Assembly: GCA_903911135.1 (NCBI GenBank)
Contig: CAIWCG010000072.1
Span: forward strand, 1 to 48,898
Reading direction: 5' to 3'
Length of the DNA: 48,898 nucleotides
Origin: an uncultured Bacteroidota bacterium
GTDB taxonomy: Bacteria > Bacteroidota > Bacteroidia > AKYH767-A > JABDAW01
A program made the translations under genes and the position numbers. The notes under the pieces were generated by a model, which ran no database searches, was not told the origin of the DNA, and worked only from the letters and a program-made list of their open reading frames with translations. Shown piece after piece: positions 1 to 8,196 of this stretch. Every line of letters begins with the position of its first letter. Within the stretch, counting starts at the first letter, position 1.

Positions 1-99
1 ATAGTAGCGGCAGCCCGCTGCTTTGTTTCGGAAGTGGGGATGCAGCGGCTACAGCGGATAGCGGGACTGGCCATGATACGAGAAGAAACCGTAGGCTCC
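1..99 (+). repeat. Dispersed conserved non-coding element (here called AGCGG element), copy 1, 3' part, cut by window start
   Basis: Collinear with 28211-28309 (88 of 99 identical by hand count; 1-26, 36-81 and 92-99 identical). The 30-nt core GGATGCAGCGGCTACAGCGGATAGCGGGAC recurs at 48869-48898 on the minus strand. No coding support. Confidence 0.8.
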
Positions 100-105
100 T
101 TGAAA

Positions 106-149
106 GAGTTATGAGTTATGAGTTATGAGTTATGAGGAGGAGGAGGAGG
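106..149. repeat. Microsatellite (GAGTTAT)x4 followed by (GAG)x5
   Basis: Read directly: 7-bp units at 106-133, GAG triplets at 134-148. Lies between element copy 1 and the start of the PLD-family gene. Confidence 0.9.
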
Positions 150-191
150 TTGCTTGGGGTTTTGCTAATTTTGCTTGCAAAATAAATTTAT

Positions 192-1388
192 TTGACGATG
201 GCTAGAAATACTTTCCCTGATATACGGTCGTATCGCCCTGGCAACGAGGTGAAATGGCTGACGAGTGGGGAGGATTTTTTTACTCATCTGAATGGGTTGA
301 TAGCGGGGGCGCAGGAGTTGATTCATCTTCAGTTTTACATTTTTGAGCCCGACGATACGGGGAATGAAACTATAGAACGGCTGATAGAAGCGGCAAAAAG
401 GGGTGTGAAGGTGTTTGTGGTGATTGATGCGTTCGGCTCGAACAAAATGACTAAAAAGAAGGAACAGGAGATGAAATCGGCGGGGATAAATATCCGGCGG
501 TTTGCTCCTTTTATGGAGAATAAGTTCATCTTTATCGGGCGGCGGCTGCATCATAAAATTTTGGTGGTGGATGATAAAACGGCGCTGGTGGGTGGCATAA
601 ACATAGCGGATAAATATCGTGGGACTGCGAAGGAAGTGGCTTGGGTGGACTTTGCCGTGATGGTGAAAGGGAACTTGTGTGTGGACTTGTCGAAGATTTG
701 CAATCGGATATGGCTGAAACAGTTTGAGGCGCAGATTAGGTTCAATAAACCGAAACTGCCCAAGTTTTCTAAGATGGAACCTGGGGTAACGCTGATTCGG
801 GTGGTGGAAAATGATTGGCTAAGGGGCAAAAAGGCGATTACGGTGAGTCATAGGCGTGCCTTTAGGGCAGCGAAAAGCTCTATCGTGATAGTTGGAAGTT
901 ATTTTTTGCCTGGGATAAGGTATCGACAACTGATGAAGAAAACCGCCAAGAGGGGTGTGAAGATTCAGATTCTTTTGACGGGATTTGCTGATGTGCCGAT
1001 GGTGAAGAACGCCACCAGATACTTGTATTCTTGGTTGCTGCGGAACGATATCACCTTTTATGAAATAAAGGATAGGATGCTGCATGGCAAGGCCATGGTG
1101 GTGGATGACATGTGGACAACGATAGGGTCGTATAACATCAACGACTTGAGCATCTATAACAATGTGGAATGCAATATAGATGTGCTGGATGAGGGGTTTG
1201 CAATGGATTTCAAGAAGCATGTATTAGGTTTGATAGAAAAGCAATCCGTTTTGATTACAAAGGAGGATTATGAGCAGAAAATAAACCTATGGGGTAAGTT
1301 TTATGACTGGATTTCGTATCAGGTGATGATCTTCAGCGCGAGGATACTTTTGTTCTTCACTCATAAAATAAACAGGCGGGAGGAATAA
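192..1388 (+). CDS. Phospholipase D / cardiolipin synthase family protein (two HKD motifs)
   Basis: 398-aa ORF with HHKILVVDD..GGINI and LHGKAMVVDD..GSYNIN (HxKxxxxD twice) and a C-terminal hydrophobic helix. Position 192 is TTG; the first ATG is at 198. Confidence 0.8.
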   Translation: MTMARNTFPDIRSYRPGNEVKWLTSGEDFFTHLNGLIAGAQELIHLQFYIFEPDDTGNETIERLIEAAKRGVKVFVVIDAFGSNKMTKKKEQEMKSAGINIRRFAPFMENKFIFIGRRLHHKILVVDDKTALVGGINIADKYRGTAKEVAWVDFAVMVKGNLCVDLSKICNRIWLKQFEAQIRFNKPKLPKFSKMEPGVTLIRVVENDWLRGKKAITVSHRRAFRAAKSSIVIVGSYFLPGIRYRQLMKKTAKRGVKIQILLTGFADVPMVKNATRYLYSWLLRNDITFYEIKDRMLHGKAMVVDDMWTTIGSYNINDLSIYNNVECNIDVLDEGFAMDFKKHVLGLIEKQSVLITKEDYEQKINLWGKFYDWISYQVMIFSARILLFFTHKINRREE

Positions 1389-1405
1389 CCTACAGAACTA
1401 TTTTA

Positions 1406-1413
1406 TATTTTTG
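1406..1413 (+). promoter_or_regulatory. Bacteroidota-type -7 promoter box (TAnnTTTG) for ccmB
   Basis: TATTTTTG followed by CGGCG, 26 nt upstream of the ccmB ATG. Confidence 0.5.
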
Positions 1414-1438
1414 CGGCGTATAGTAAACAAAACCCTGC

Positions 1439-2101
1439 ATGCTGCTGAAAGAAGTCAAATCATTAATAAAGAAGGAAGTTGCCTTGGAAATAAGGCAGAA
1501 GTATGCTTTCGGGGGCTTGCTGCTGTATGTCATCTCCACCGTTTTCATCTGTTACTTATCTTTTAAAAGGGTAATAGAACCGCCAGTTTACGTGGCGCTG
1601 TTTTGGATCATCATGTTGTTTGCTGCCATCAATGCCATCGCCAAGAGCTTTCTTTCGGAGAGCCGTGGCTTGCAGCTTTACTTCTATTCACTTGCCAGTC
1701 CAGAGGCGGTCATCTTGTCAAAAATCATTTACAATCTGGTTTTGATGCTGCTGTTATCACTTATCAACTTGTTCTTTTACATCTTATTCTTAGGAAACAT
1801 TATCCAAGACATGCCCATGTTCCTATTATCATTGATATTAGGCAGTTTTGGGTTTTCATCTGTCATGAGCATGGTTTCCGCCATCGCATCGAAGGCTAAC
1901 CACAATGTAACTTTAATGGCTATTCTAAGCTTCCCAATATTGATTCCATTGATAATGACCGTTATCCGATTCTCGAAGAATGCCATCGACGGATTAGATT
2001 TTTCAGTTAATTATCAGTACATTGTCATGCTGGTGGGCCTAAATGTGATAGTGATAGCACTTGCTTATATTTTGTTTCCTTATCTTTGGCGCAATGAATA
2101 A
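1439..2101 (+). CDS. ccmB: Heme exporter protein B (cytochrome c maturation, System I)
   Basis: 220 aa with about 6 hydrophobic helices. Resembles CcmB (e.g. MAILSFPILIPLIM region). Its stop overlaps the ccmC start (ATGAATAA). Confidence 0.7.
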   Translation: MLLKEVKSLIKKEVALEIRQKYAFGGLLLYVISTVFICYLSFKRVIEPPVYVALFWIIMLFAAINAIAKSFLSESRGLQLYFYSLASPEAVILSKIIYNLVLMLLLSLINLFFYILFLGNIIQDMPMFLLSLILGSFGFSSVMSMVSAIASKANHNVTLMAILSFPILIPLIMTVIRFSKNAIDGLDFSVNYQYIVMLVGLNVIVIALAYILFPYLWRNE

Positions 2102-3170
2102 AAAATCTAATCTCTGGTGGAAAATCCTTTGTGTGGTCTTTATGACCTACACTTTATTAATGGGCTTAATGGTTCCTCTCGGTTCAGGAATTGTAGCTGT
2201 AAATCCAAAAGTCGCTTCGGTTTCGGATACGATTTCCGTTGACATTAAAGGTTATAATACCCATTTTCAAGAAGCGGGTTCATCGATAAAGGCTTGGCTT
2301 AAGATAGATACCTTGAAGCTTATCAGTTGTGCCACTTCTGTTTCGGTTGCTAACGATCAAAGCATCACGGCAAAGTTCCATGTTCCGAGCATTAAGCTTA
2401 GCAAAAACGACTATCTGTTTGCTGATGTGGTGGTTAACGATTCGAAGGACGGCAATGTAATGTTGGACGAGGCAATAAGAATTACCAATAAATCCGATGA
2501 TACTTTGGCTGCGATGAGTTCCAGTGCCGCTTCAAGCAATTGCATCGATGACATTAAAAATACCAAGGCCACTTACCTTCATTTTCCATATCGTTCGATA
2601 CTTTATGAGTCCATCAGGAACCTATATTTCCATGTTCCGATGTGGTTCACCATGATGCTCATCATTACCATTTCTTTGGTTTACAGCATCAAATACCTTC
2701 GCACTTTTAACCTCAATGATGACATCATAGCCGTAGAGGCATCGAAAGTAGGCATCTTTTTCGGCGTTTTGGGATTGATTACTGGCAGCATTTGGGCACG
2801 TTTTACTTGGGGAGCCTGGTGGGTAAACGATGTTAAAGTGAATGGTGCTGCCGTTACGCTCCTCATTTATTTCGCATACCTCATCCTTAGGAACTCGATA
2901 GATGATGAACAGAAACGGGCAAGGATTGCAGCCGTTTACAGCATCATTGCCTTCACCATGCTGGTGTTGTTTTTGATCATTTTCCCTAGGATGAACGACT
3001 CGCTACATCCCGGCAATGGCGGAAACCCAGGCTTTAACAAGTATGACCTAGACAGTAGCATGCGTATGGTTTTTTATCCTGCCGTCATCGGTTGGTGCTT
3101 GCTCGGGATGTGGATTTTAAACATCCGAATCAGAATGAATCGCATTACTAAATACTTCTTCGAAAAATAA
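2094..3170 (+). CDS. ccmC: Heme exporter protein C (CcmC) with a large insertion in the first periplasmic loop
   Basis: Has the WWD motif WGAWWVNDVKVNG, conserved His contexts (YFHVPMW and SLHPGNGG) and multiple TM helices. ATG at 2094 chosen (MNKKSNLWWK); the ORF-track start at 2061 is an alternative codon inside ccmB. Confidence 0.8.
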   Translation: MNKKSNLWWKILCVVFMTYTLLMGLMVPLGSGIVAVNPKVASVSDTISVDIKGYNTHFQEAGSSIKAWLKIDTLKLISCATSVSVANDQSITAKFHVPSIKLSKNDYLFADVVVNDSKDGNVMLDEAIRITNKSDDTLAAMSSSAASSNCIDDIKNTKATYLHFPYRSILYESIRNLYFHVPMWFTMMLIITISLVYSIKYLRTFNLNDDIIAVEASKVGIFFGVLGLITGSIWARFTWGAWWVNDVKVNGAAVTLLIYFAYLILRNSIDDEQKRARIAAVYSIIAFTMLVLFLIIFPRMNDSLHPGNGGNPGFNKYDLDSSMRMVFYPAVIGWCLLGMWILNIRIRMNRITKYFFEK

Positions 3171-3171
3171 A

Positions 3172-3405
3172 ATGACTATGATAAAAAAAATAATCCTTTC
3201 CTTAACTTTTATCCTTGCTTTGATTATCAATATTTCGGCTCAACCGATGAATTCGGCAAGTGGGCTGGAGCAAACCATGGTGAGTGGGGGCAAAATATAT
3301 GTTGCCATTGCCGTTTTGTCGGTCATTCTGGTGGGCATTTTCTTTTACCTTTTCTCCATCGATGCCAAGCTTCGAAAATTGGAGGATAAGGCTAAGCAGG
3401 ACTAA
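3172..3405 (+). CDS. ccmD: CcmD-family small membrane protein (Bacteroidota-type)
   Basis: 77 aa with an N-terminal signal-like helix plus a C-terminal TM (IYVAIAVLSVILVGIFFYLF) followed by a charged tail. Starts 1 nt after the ccmC stop. Confidence 0.6.
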   Translation: MTMIKKIILSLTFILALIINISAQPMNSASGLEQTMVSGGKIYVAIAVLSVILVGIFFYLFSIDAKLRKLEDKAKQD

Positions 3406-3499
3406 GTTTCATTAGCAATGATTTTTGCCTTTATAATGATTATGGAGGCTTATAATCATCATTAATAAGTTTAGAAACAGTTATAATACCTTTATGATT

Positions 3500-3709
3500 G
3501 GCCAAAATCAATTTGGATTTTGGCTAAATCAATTTTGATTCGTGTGAAAACCATTTTGATTTGAGTGAAATCAACTTTGATTTAGGCAAAATCAAAGTTG
3601 ATTTGTGTGAAAACCATTTTGATTTGGGCAAAATCAAAGTTGATTCGGGTGAAAGCGCAATTGATTTGAGTGAAAACCATTTTGATTTAGACAAAATCAA
3701 TTTTGATTT
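3500..3709. repeat. TR-1: tandem array, 10 units of 21 bp
   Basis: Units end in TTGATTT/C at 3520, 3541, 3562 ... 3709. Six units contain the 16-bp palindrome AAATCAA-NN-TTGATTT. Confidence 0.9.
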
Positions 3710-3899
3710 GAGCCATATTTAAGCATGATTAGGGGTTTACAAGTCTGCGATTCAGGTTTTACAAGGCTCAACTATACATTTCTTAGCTTATATCAGTATA
3801 ATAGCATCGCCATTAGCGTGCCATCATACTGATATGATAGGTATCCTTTTGATAGTCATTAAAAGTAAATTTGGCTTGATGGATATACGGTTTTGGCAT

Positions 3900-3937
3900 A
3901 AAAAAAACGGATTATCCTGCCTGATGAGGATAATCCG
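3900..3937 (-). terminator. Rho-independent terminator of the fasciclin gene
   Basis: Perfect 10-bp stem CGGATTATCC (3908-3917) / GGATAATCCG (3928-3937) followed on the minus strand by eight T. Confidence 0.8.
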
Positions 3938-3959
3938 CAATTTAGATAAAAATGTTAAA

Positions 3960-4532
3960 CTATTTCTTTTTGGGAGGCAAAAGCACGGCATCCACCACAT
4001 GAATAATGCCATTGGAGGCGGGAATGGAGGCCAAAATGTTGGCGCCATTGACAGTAGGTTTACCGTTGACCATCTTGATGGTTACGTTGTCGCCATTAGC
4101 TTGGCCAATTACCTGACCATCCTTGAAACTTTCGGCTTTGAAGACACCCACCGACACATGATACTCCAAAATGTTCCTCAAGTCTTTCTTTGCTTCAGGT
4201 TTCAAGAGACCTTCTACCGTTCCCTTTGGCAATTTGTCGAAAGCGGCATTGGTAGGCGCAAAAACGGTGAAAGGACCGGTGTTTGCAAGCACATCGACAT
4301 ACTCGGCAGCCTTTATGGCAGCAACCAAAGTGGTGTGGTCCTTGGAACCAACTGCAACTTTAACGATGTCCTTTGCACTTTGATCATCTTGCACAGAGGC
4401 CTGACCGCCAGCAGGAGTGGCTTCGGTTTTAGCTGCATCTTCTTTTTTTTCTTCATTTGGAGCATTGCAAGAATAAATGCTTGGCAGCAGCAAAGCCACT
4501 ACCATCAACGATTTCAATAAGTTCTTTTTCAT
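3960..4532 (-). CDS. Fasciclin (FAS1) domain lipoprotein
   Basis: 190 aa with a signal peptide and lipobox (IYSC). FAS1 signatures TVFAPTNAAFDKLP and NGIIHVVDAVLLP. Confidence 0.85.
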   Translation of the reverse strand: MKKNLLKSLMVVALLLPSIYSCNAPNEEKKEDAAKTEATPAGGQASVQDDQSAKDIVKVAVGSKDHTTLVAAIKAAEYVDVLANTGPFTVFAPTNAAFDKLPKGTVEGLLKPEAKKDLRNILEYHVSVGVFKAESFKDGQVIGQANGDNVTIKMVNGKPTVNGANILASIPASNGIIHVVDAVLLPPKKK

Positions 4533-4591
4533 TTTATAAAATATTAATTATGTTATAGCGGCAAATTAAAGACATGTTTATCCTTTATTAA

Positions 4592-4605
4592 ATGACATAT
4601 CTCAT
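4592..4605. promoter_or_regulatory. Candidate CRP/FNR-like box ATGAC-ATAT-CTCAT
   Basis: TGA-N6-TCA core in the divergent fasciclin/rrf2 spacer. The left half is identical to the nosZ box at 5243. Confidence 0.3.
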
Positions 4606-4610
4606 TTTGG

Positions 4611-4624
4611 GTGATGATATTCAT
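4611..4624. promoter_or_regulatory. Candidate CRP/FNR-like box GTGAT-GATA-TTCAT (inside palindrome TGATGA-TAT-TCATCA)
   Basis: TGA-N6-TCA core, 19 bp from the previous box. Confidence 0.25.
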
Positions 4625-4716
4625 CAGTCTAAGGATTTTAATCAAAGGCCAATTTTGCCAAATCAAATCATTAAGGAATTTTCGAAGAGTAAATTAATCA
4701 AAAAAACAGTTGGATT

Positions 4717-5151
4717 ATGATGTTTTCAAAAAAATGTGAGTACGCCCTAAAAGCAGCTATATATTTATACATTAAAAGTATAGACGGAAAAAAATTGGGT
4801 ATAAAGGAATTGGCTAAGGAAATAGAAAGCCCAGAACCATTTACAGCAAAAATATTGCAGGAATTGGTGAGGGCAAAAATCATTTCGTCCAATAAAGGAC
4901 CGAATGGGGGATTTTACATCGATCCAAAAGCAAAACCGGTACTGGTCATTGATCTTATTGATTTGATTGATGGCAAAGATTCGTTCGATCGTTGTGGATT
5001 AGGATTGAAAGAATGCTCCGAAAGCCACCCCTGCCCTATCCATAAAGAATTTAAAAGCTATTCATCTCGGTTAAAGAAACTATTAACAACAAAAACCTTA
5101 AAGGAATTTGCTGAAAGCGTAGAGTTAGGAGATGCTTTTATCAACAATTAA
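4717..5151 (+). CDS. Rrf2-family transcriptional regulator (IscR/NsrR-like, probable Fe-S ligands)
   Basis: 144 aa. N-terminal wHTH (MFSKKCEYALKAAIYL) and a C-x6-C-x5-C cluster (CGLGLKECSESHPC) where Rrf2 Fe-S ligands lie. Directly upstream of nosZ. Confidence 0.85.
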   Translation: MMFSKKCEYALKAAIYLYIKSIDGKKLGIKELAKEIESPEPFTAKILQELVRAKIISSNKGPNGGFYIDPKAKPVLVIDLIDLIDGKDSFDRCGLGLKECSESHPCPIHKEFKSYSSRLKKLLTTKTLKEFAESVELGDAFINN

Positions 5152-5208
5152 TTTATACCGATTAAATGTAATGTCCAATGCATATTAAAATATATAACTT
5201 TCTATTAC

Positions 5209-5240
5209 ACAAAAGGACATTAAGACCTTTTTGTCTTTAT
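5209..5240 (+). terminator. Probable terminator after the Rrf2 gene
   Basis: Stem ACAAAAGG / CCTTTTTGT (one bulged T) with a 9-nt loop and a T-rich tail CTTTATTT. Confidence 0.45.
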
Positions 5241-5242
5241 TT

Positions 5243-5256
5243 ATGACATTAATCAT
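5243..5256. promoter_or_regulatory. Candidate CRP/FNR-like box ATGAC-ATTA-ATCAT upstream of nosZ
   Basis: 5-4-5 inverted repeat with a TGA-N6-TCA core. Overlaps a second palindrome, AATCAT-N8-ATGATT (5251-5270). Lies about 45-60 bp upstream of the -7 box. Confidence 0.35.
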
Positions 5257-5300
5257 ATCTATGAATGATTGTCCTCATTGCCAAAAGGGTTATTAGAAAG

Positions 5301-5308
5301 TAATTTTG
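5301..5308 (+). promoter_or_regulatory. -7 promoter box (TAATTTTG) for nosZ
   Basis: Exact TAnnTTTG followed by CC, 80 nt upstream of the nosZ ATG. Confidence 0.5.
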
Positions 5309-5387
5309 CCCTTGTTAAATTATAAAAAATCAATATCGATAAACAATAATTAATTCACAGAATAACTTAAAATAAATTAAAACAAGT

Positions 5388-7364
5388 ATGAAAAAAGTAA
5401 CAGTAAAAACACTCATAGCCGCAATTGTCGGTATAATGTTTGTTGGCGGTTTGAGTAGTTGCAAACCGAAAAAAATCGAAGCAGCAGCAGCAGGAAATGC
5501 AGCTGAAAAAGTTTATGTAGCACCCGGAAAGAAGGATGAATTATATTTATTCACTTCTGGAGGCTTTAGTGGCCAAATTGGTGTTTATGGCCTACCATCA
5601 GGGCGTTTATTCAGGGTAATTCCAGTATTCGCTCAAAATCCGGAGAATGGTTATGGCTACAGTGAAGAAACCAAACCAATGTTAATGACATCACATGGTT
5701 TTGTTCCTTGGGATGATAGCCACCATCCACAATTATCAAAGACAGATGGAAATGCAGATGGTCGTTGGATTTTTATAAATGGAAATAACACACCTCGCAT
5801 CGCAAGAGTTGATTTAGGTAATTTTAGAACAGAAGAAATCATTGAATTGCCAAATACAGGAGGAAATCACGCCTCACCGTTTTTAACCCAAAATTCAGAA
5901 TATGTAGTTGGAGCTTCAAGATTTACAGTTCCATTTGATAATGATGGAGAAGCATCAATCGCAGACTTCAAGACAAAATTCAAAGGTTCTATTTCGTTTA
6001 TCAAGATTGACAAAGAAAGTGGAAAAATGGATTTGAGTTTCCAATTGCTTGTCCCTGGTGTCGATTATGACCTTTCTAGAGCAGGTAAAGCAATTTCAAA
6101 TGGTTGGAGTTTCTTTAGCTGTTATAATACAGAGCAAGCACATACGCTATTAGAAGTAAATGCAAGTCAAAGAGACAAGGATTTTATCATGTGTGTAAAT
6201 TGGAAAAAGGCGGAAGAATATTTGGCCCAAGGTAAAGGAAAGAAAACTCCAGCTAAATATGCGCACAATATATATGATGAGAAAACACATTCTGCTTCTT
6301 CTGAAATGAAAACAGAAGTTACTATAATGGATGTTAAAGATATGCCTGGTATTTGTTATTTCATTCCATGTCCAAAGTCTCCTCATGGTTGCGATGTTGA
6401 TCCAAGTGGAGAGTATATTTGCGCATCAGGAAAATTAGCAGCAGTAATACCTGTGTTTTCATTTAGCAAGATACAAAAAGCAATTGAAGCGAAGAGTTTC
6501 GAAGGAAATTTTGATGGCGTTCCAATCATAAAATATGAAGCAGCTTTGGATGGCGAGGTTGAAAAACCAGGCTTAGGCCCATTGCATACTGAATTTGATG
6601 ATAAAGGTAATGCTTATACTTCTTTCTTCGTATCATCTGAAATTGTTAAATGGAATGTAAAAACCAAAGCAATACTTGACCGAGTTCCTACCTACTATTC
6701 AATTGGTCATTTATGTGTTCCTGGCGGAGATTGCATTAAACCTTATGGAAAATATGTAATTGCCTTGAATAAAATCACTAAAGATCGTTATTTAGAAACA
6801 GGTCCTGAATTGACCCAATCTGCACAATTATATGATATAAGCGGAGAAAAAATGCAATTGCTTTTAGACTTTCCAACAATTGGTGAGCCTCATTATGCTC
6901 AAGCATGTCCAACTGATATTATTAAGAAGCATGAAGTTAAATTCTACAAACTTGAGGATAATATGCATAAATATGCTACAAAATTTGAAAAGGATGCAAG
7001 GGTTGTAAGAAAAGGAAAGGATGTTGATGTCTATATGACAATGATCCGTTCGCATTTTACACCTGATAACATAGAAGGTTTAAAGGTAGGAGACAACGTA
7101 TATTTTCATATTACCAATCTTGAACAAGATTGGGATGTTCCTCATGGTTTTGCAGTAAAAGGAAATAATAATGGTGAACTTCTTGTTATGCCTGGAGAAA
7201 CACAAACATTAAAATGGATACCAGATGTTGTTGGTGTTGTCCCTTTTTATTGTACCGATTTCTGTTCAGCTTTACATCAAGAAATGCAAGGATACATAAG
7301 AGTATCACCTACAAACTCAAATACCGCTTTAAAATTCTCAACAGGTGAAGAAGATAAAAAATAA
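5388..7364 (+). CDS. nosZ: Nitrous-oxide reductase, clade II (Sec-dependent) type
   Basis: 658 aa. Lipoprotein-type Sec signal (GGLSSC, no twin-arginine). His motifs DDSHHPQ and GGNHASP. C-terminal CuA site C-TDF-C-SAL-H-QE-M. Followed by nosL/D/F/Y. Confidence 0.95.
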   Translation: MKKVTVKTLIAAIVGIMFVGGLSSCKPKKIEAAAAGNAAEKVYVAPGKKDELYLFTSGGFSGQIGVYGLPSGRLFRVIPVFAQNPENGYGYSEETKPMLMTSHGFVPWDDSHHPQLSKTDGNADGRWIFINGNNTPRIARVDLGNFRTEEIIELPNTGGNHASPFLTQNSEYVVGASRFTVPFDNDGEASIADFKTKFKGSISFIKIDKESGKMDLSFQLLVPGVDYDLSRAGKAISNGWSFFSCYNTEQAHTLLEVNASQRDKDFIMCVNWKKAEEYLAQGKGKKTPAKYAHNIYDEKTHSASSEMKTEVTIMDVKDMPGICYFIPCPKSPHGCDVDPSGEYICASGKLAAVIPVFSFSKIQKAIEAKSFEGNFDGVPIIKYEAALDGEVEKPGLGPLHTEFDDKGNAYTSFFVSSEIVKWNVKTKAILDRVPTYYSIGHLCVPGGDCIKPYGKYVIALNKITKDRYLETGPELTQSAQLYDISGEKMQLLLDFPTIGEPHYAQACPTDIIKKHEVKFYKLEDNMHKYATKFEKDARVVRKGKDVDVYMTMIRSHFTPDNIEGLKVGDNVYFHITNLEQDWDVPHGFAVKGNNNGELLVMPGETQTLKWIPDVVGVVPFYCTDFCSALHQEMQGYIRVSPTNSNTALKFSTGEEDKK

Positions 7365-7375
7365 TTTTCAAGAGG

Positions 7376-7411
7376 TTGGGGTGCATGAACATCATGCCCC
7401 CAATTTCTTGT
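7376..7411 (+). terminator. Intra-operon hairpin / partial terminator after nosZ
   Basis: 11-bp stem (TTGGGG-T-GCATG / CATGC-CCCCAA, one bulge) with a 5-nt loop, then TTTCTTGTT. Confidence 0.5.
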
Positions 7412-7449
7412 TGAGTTATACCAAATGGATTAGCGAACAAACTACAAAT

Positions 7450-8022
7450 ATGAGAACGATGAAACCGATATCTAGAATAGTAATATTCTTATGCGCCATG
7501 GCAATGATTCCATCGCTTTATATGTCGGTTTGGCAAATACAATTGGAAGCTCCTCAATATCCTGAAGGCTTGAAGCTTGAACTATGGAGTACCAAGATAG
7601 CTGGAGATATTGATAAAATAAATGGGTTAAACCATTACATCGGCATGGATCAGATTCATCAAGAGAACTTTAAAGAGTTTCAAGTCATGTCCTATATGAT
7701 TTGGGCGATGATTGGATTTGCAGTTCTTGGGGCAGCCACAGGTAAAAAGATATTTTTATGGATTCTTTCTGCATATCTTATCGTTTGTGGATTATGGGGA
7801 ACTTATGATTTCTGGCATTGGGAATATATATATGGTCACAATCTGAATCCACATGCAGCAATTAAGATTCCCGGAATGGCTTATCAGCCCCCTTTGTTTG
7901 GATGGAAACAATTATTAAACTTTACTGCGGGTTCTTTCCCTGATATTGGCGGTTGGCTTGTAATTGGCCCCTCGATAATGATAATTTTAATACTCATATA
8001 CGAAAAATTTATCAGGAAATAA
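7450..8022 (+). CDS. Integral membrane protein in the nosB position of clade II nos clusters
   Basis: About 190 aa from the ATG at 7450 (MRTMKPISRIVIFL), with several TM helices. Lies immediately downstream of nosZ. The ORF-track start at 7345 overlaps nosZ and spans the hairpin, so it was rejected. Confidence 0.55.
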   Translation: MRTMKPISRIVIFLCAMAMIPSLYMSVWQIQLEAPQYPEGLKLELWSTKIAGDIDKINGLNHYIGMDQIHQENFKEFQVMSYMIWAMIGFAVLGAATGKKIFLWILSAYLIVCGLWGTYDFWHWEYIYGHNLNPHAAIKIPGMAYQPPLFGWKQLLNFTAGSFPDIGGWLVIGPSIMIILILIYEKFIRK

Positions 8023-8059
8023 TCAATATATGGAATTCTATAACCATAATTATGAGTTT

Positions 8060-8122
8060 CGAGACCTTAACTTCGAGAGCCGAAACCTTTGCTTCGAACG
8101 TCGAAACCTTGGTTTCATTCAT
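8060..8122. repeat. TR-2: mini-array, 3 units of 21 bp (CGARACCTTnnnTTCnA...)
   Basis: Units at 8060-8080, 8081-8101 and 8102-8122, in the spacer between the nosB-like gene and nosL. Confidence 0.65.
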
Positions 8123-8196
8123 TCAAGTCATGGATTCCTAAGTTCAATCTTTGTATTTGATTGTCAATTAAATTCATAAACAGAAGTATCTTTATT

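Noticed and set aside
2061-2093. Longer ORF-track starts using alternative codons (2061 ccmC, 7345 nosB-like, 8161 nosL, 8592 nosD, 25289 Nramp, 40702 lipoprotein, 48728 rplU)
   Set aside because: Each extension overlaps the upstream gene, a hairpin or the gene's own -7 promoter box. In every case an in-frame ATG gives a sensible N-terminus (signal peptide or conserved start).
3834-4520. 228-aa plus-strand ORF
   Set aside because: Antisense to the fasciclin lipoprotein gene. It also starts within that gene's terminator region.
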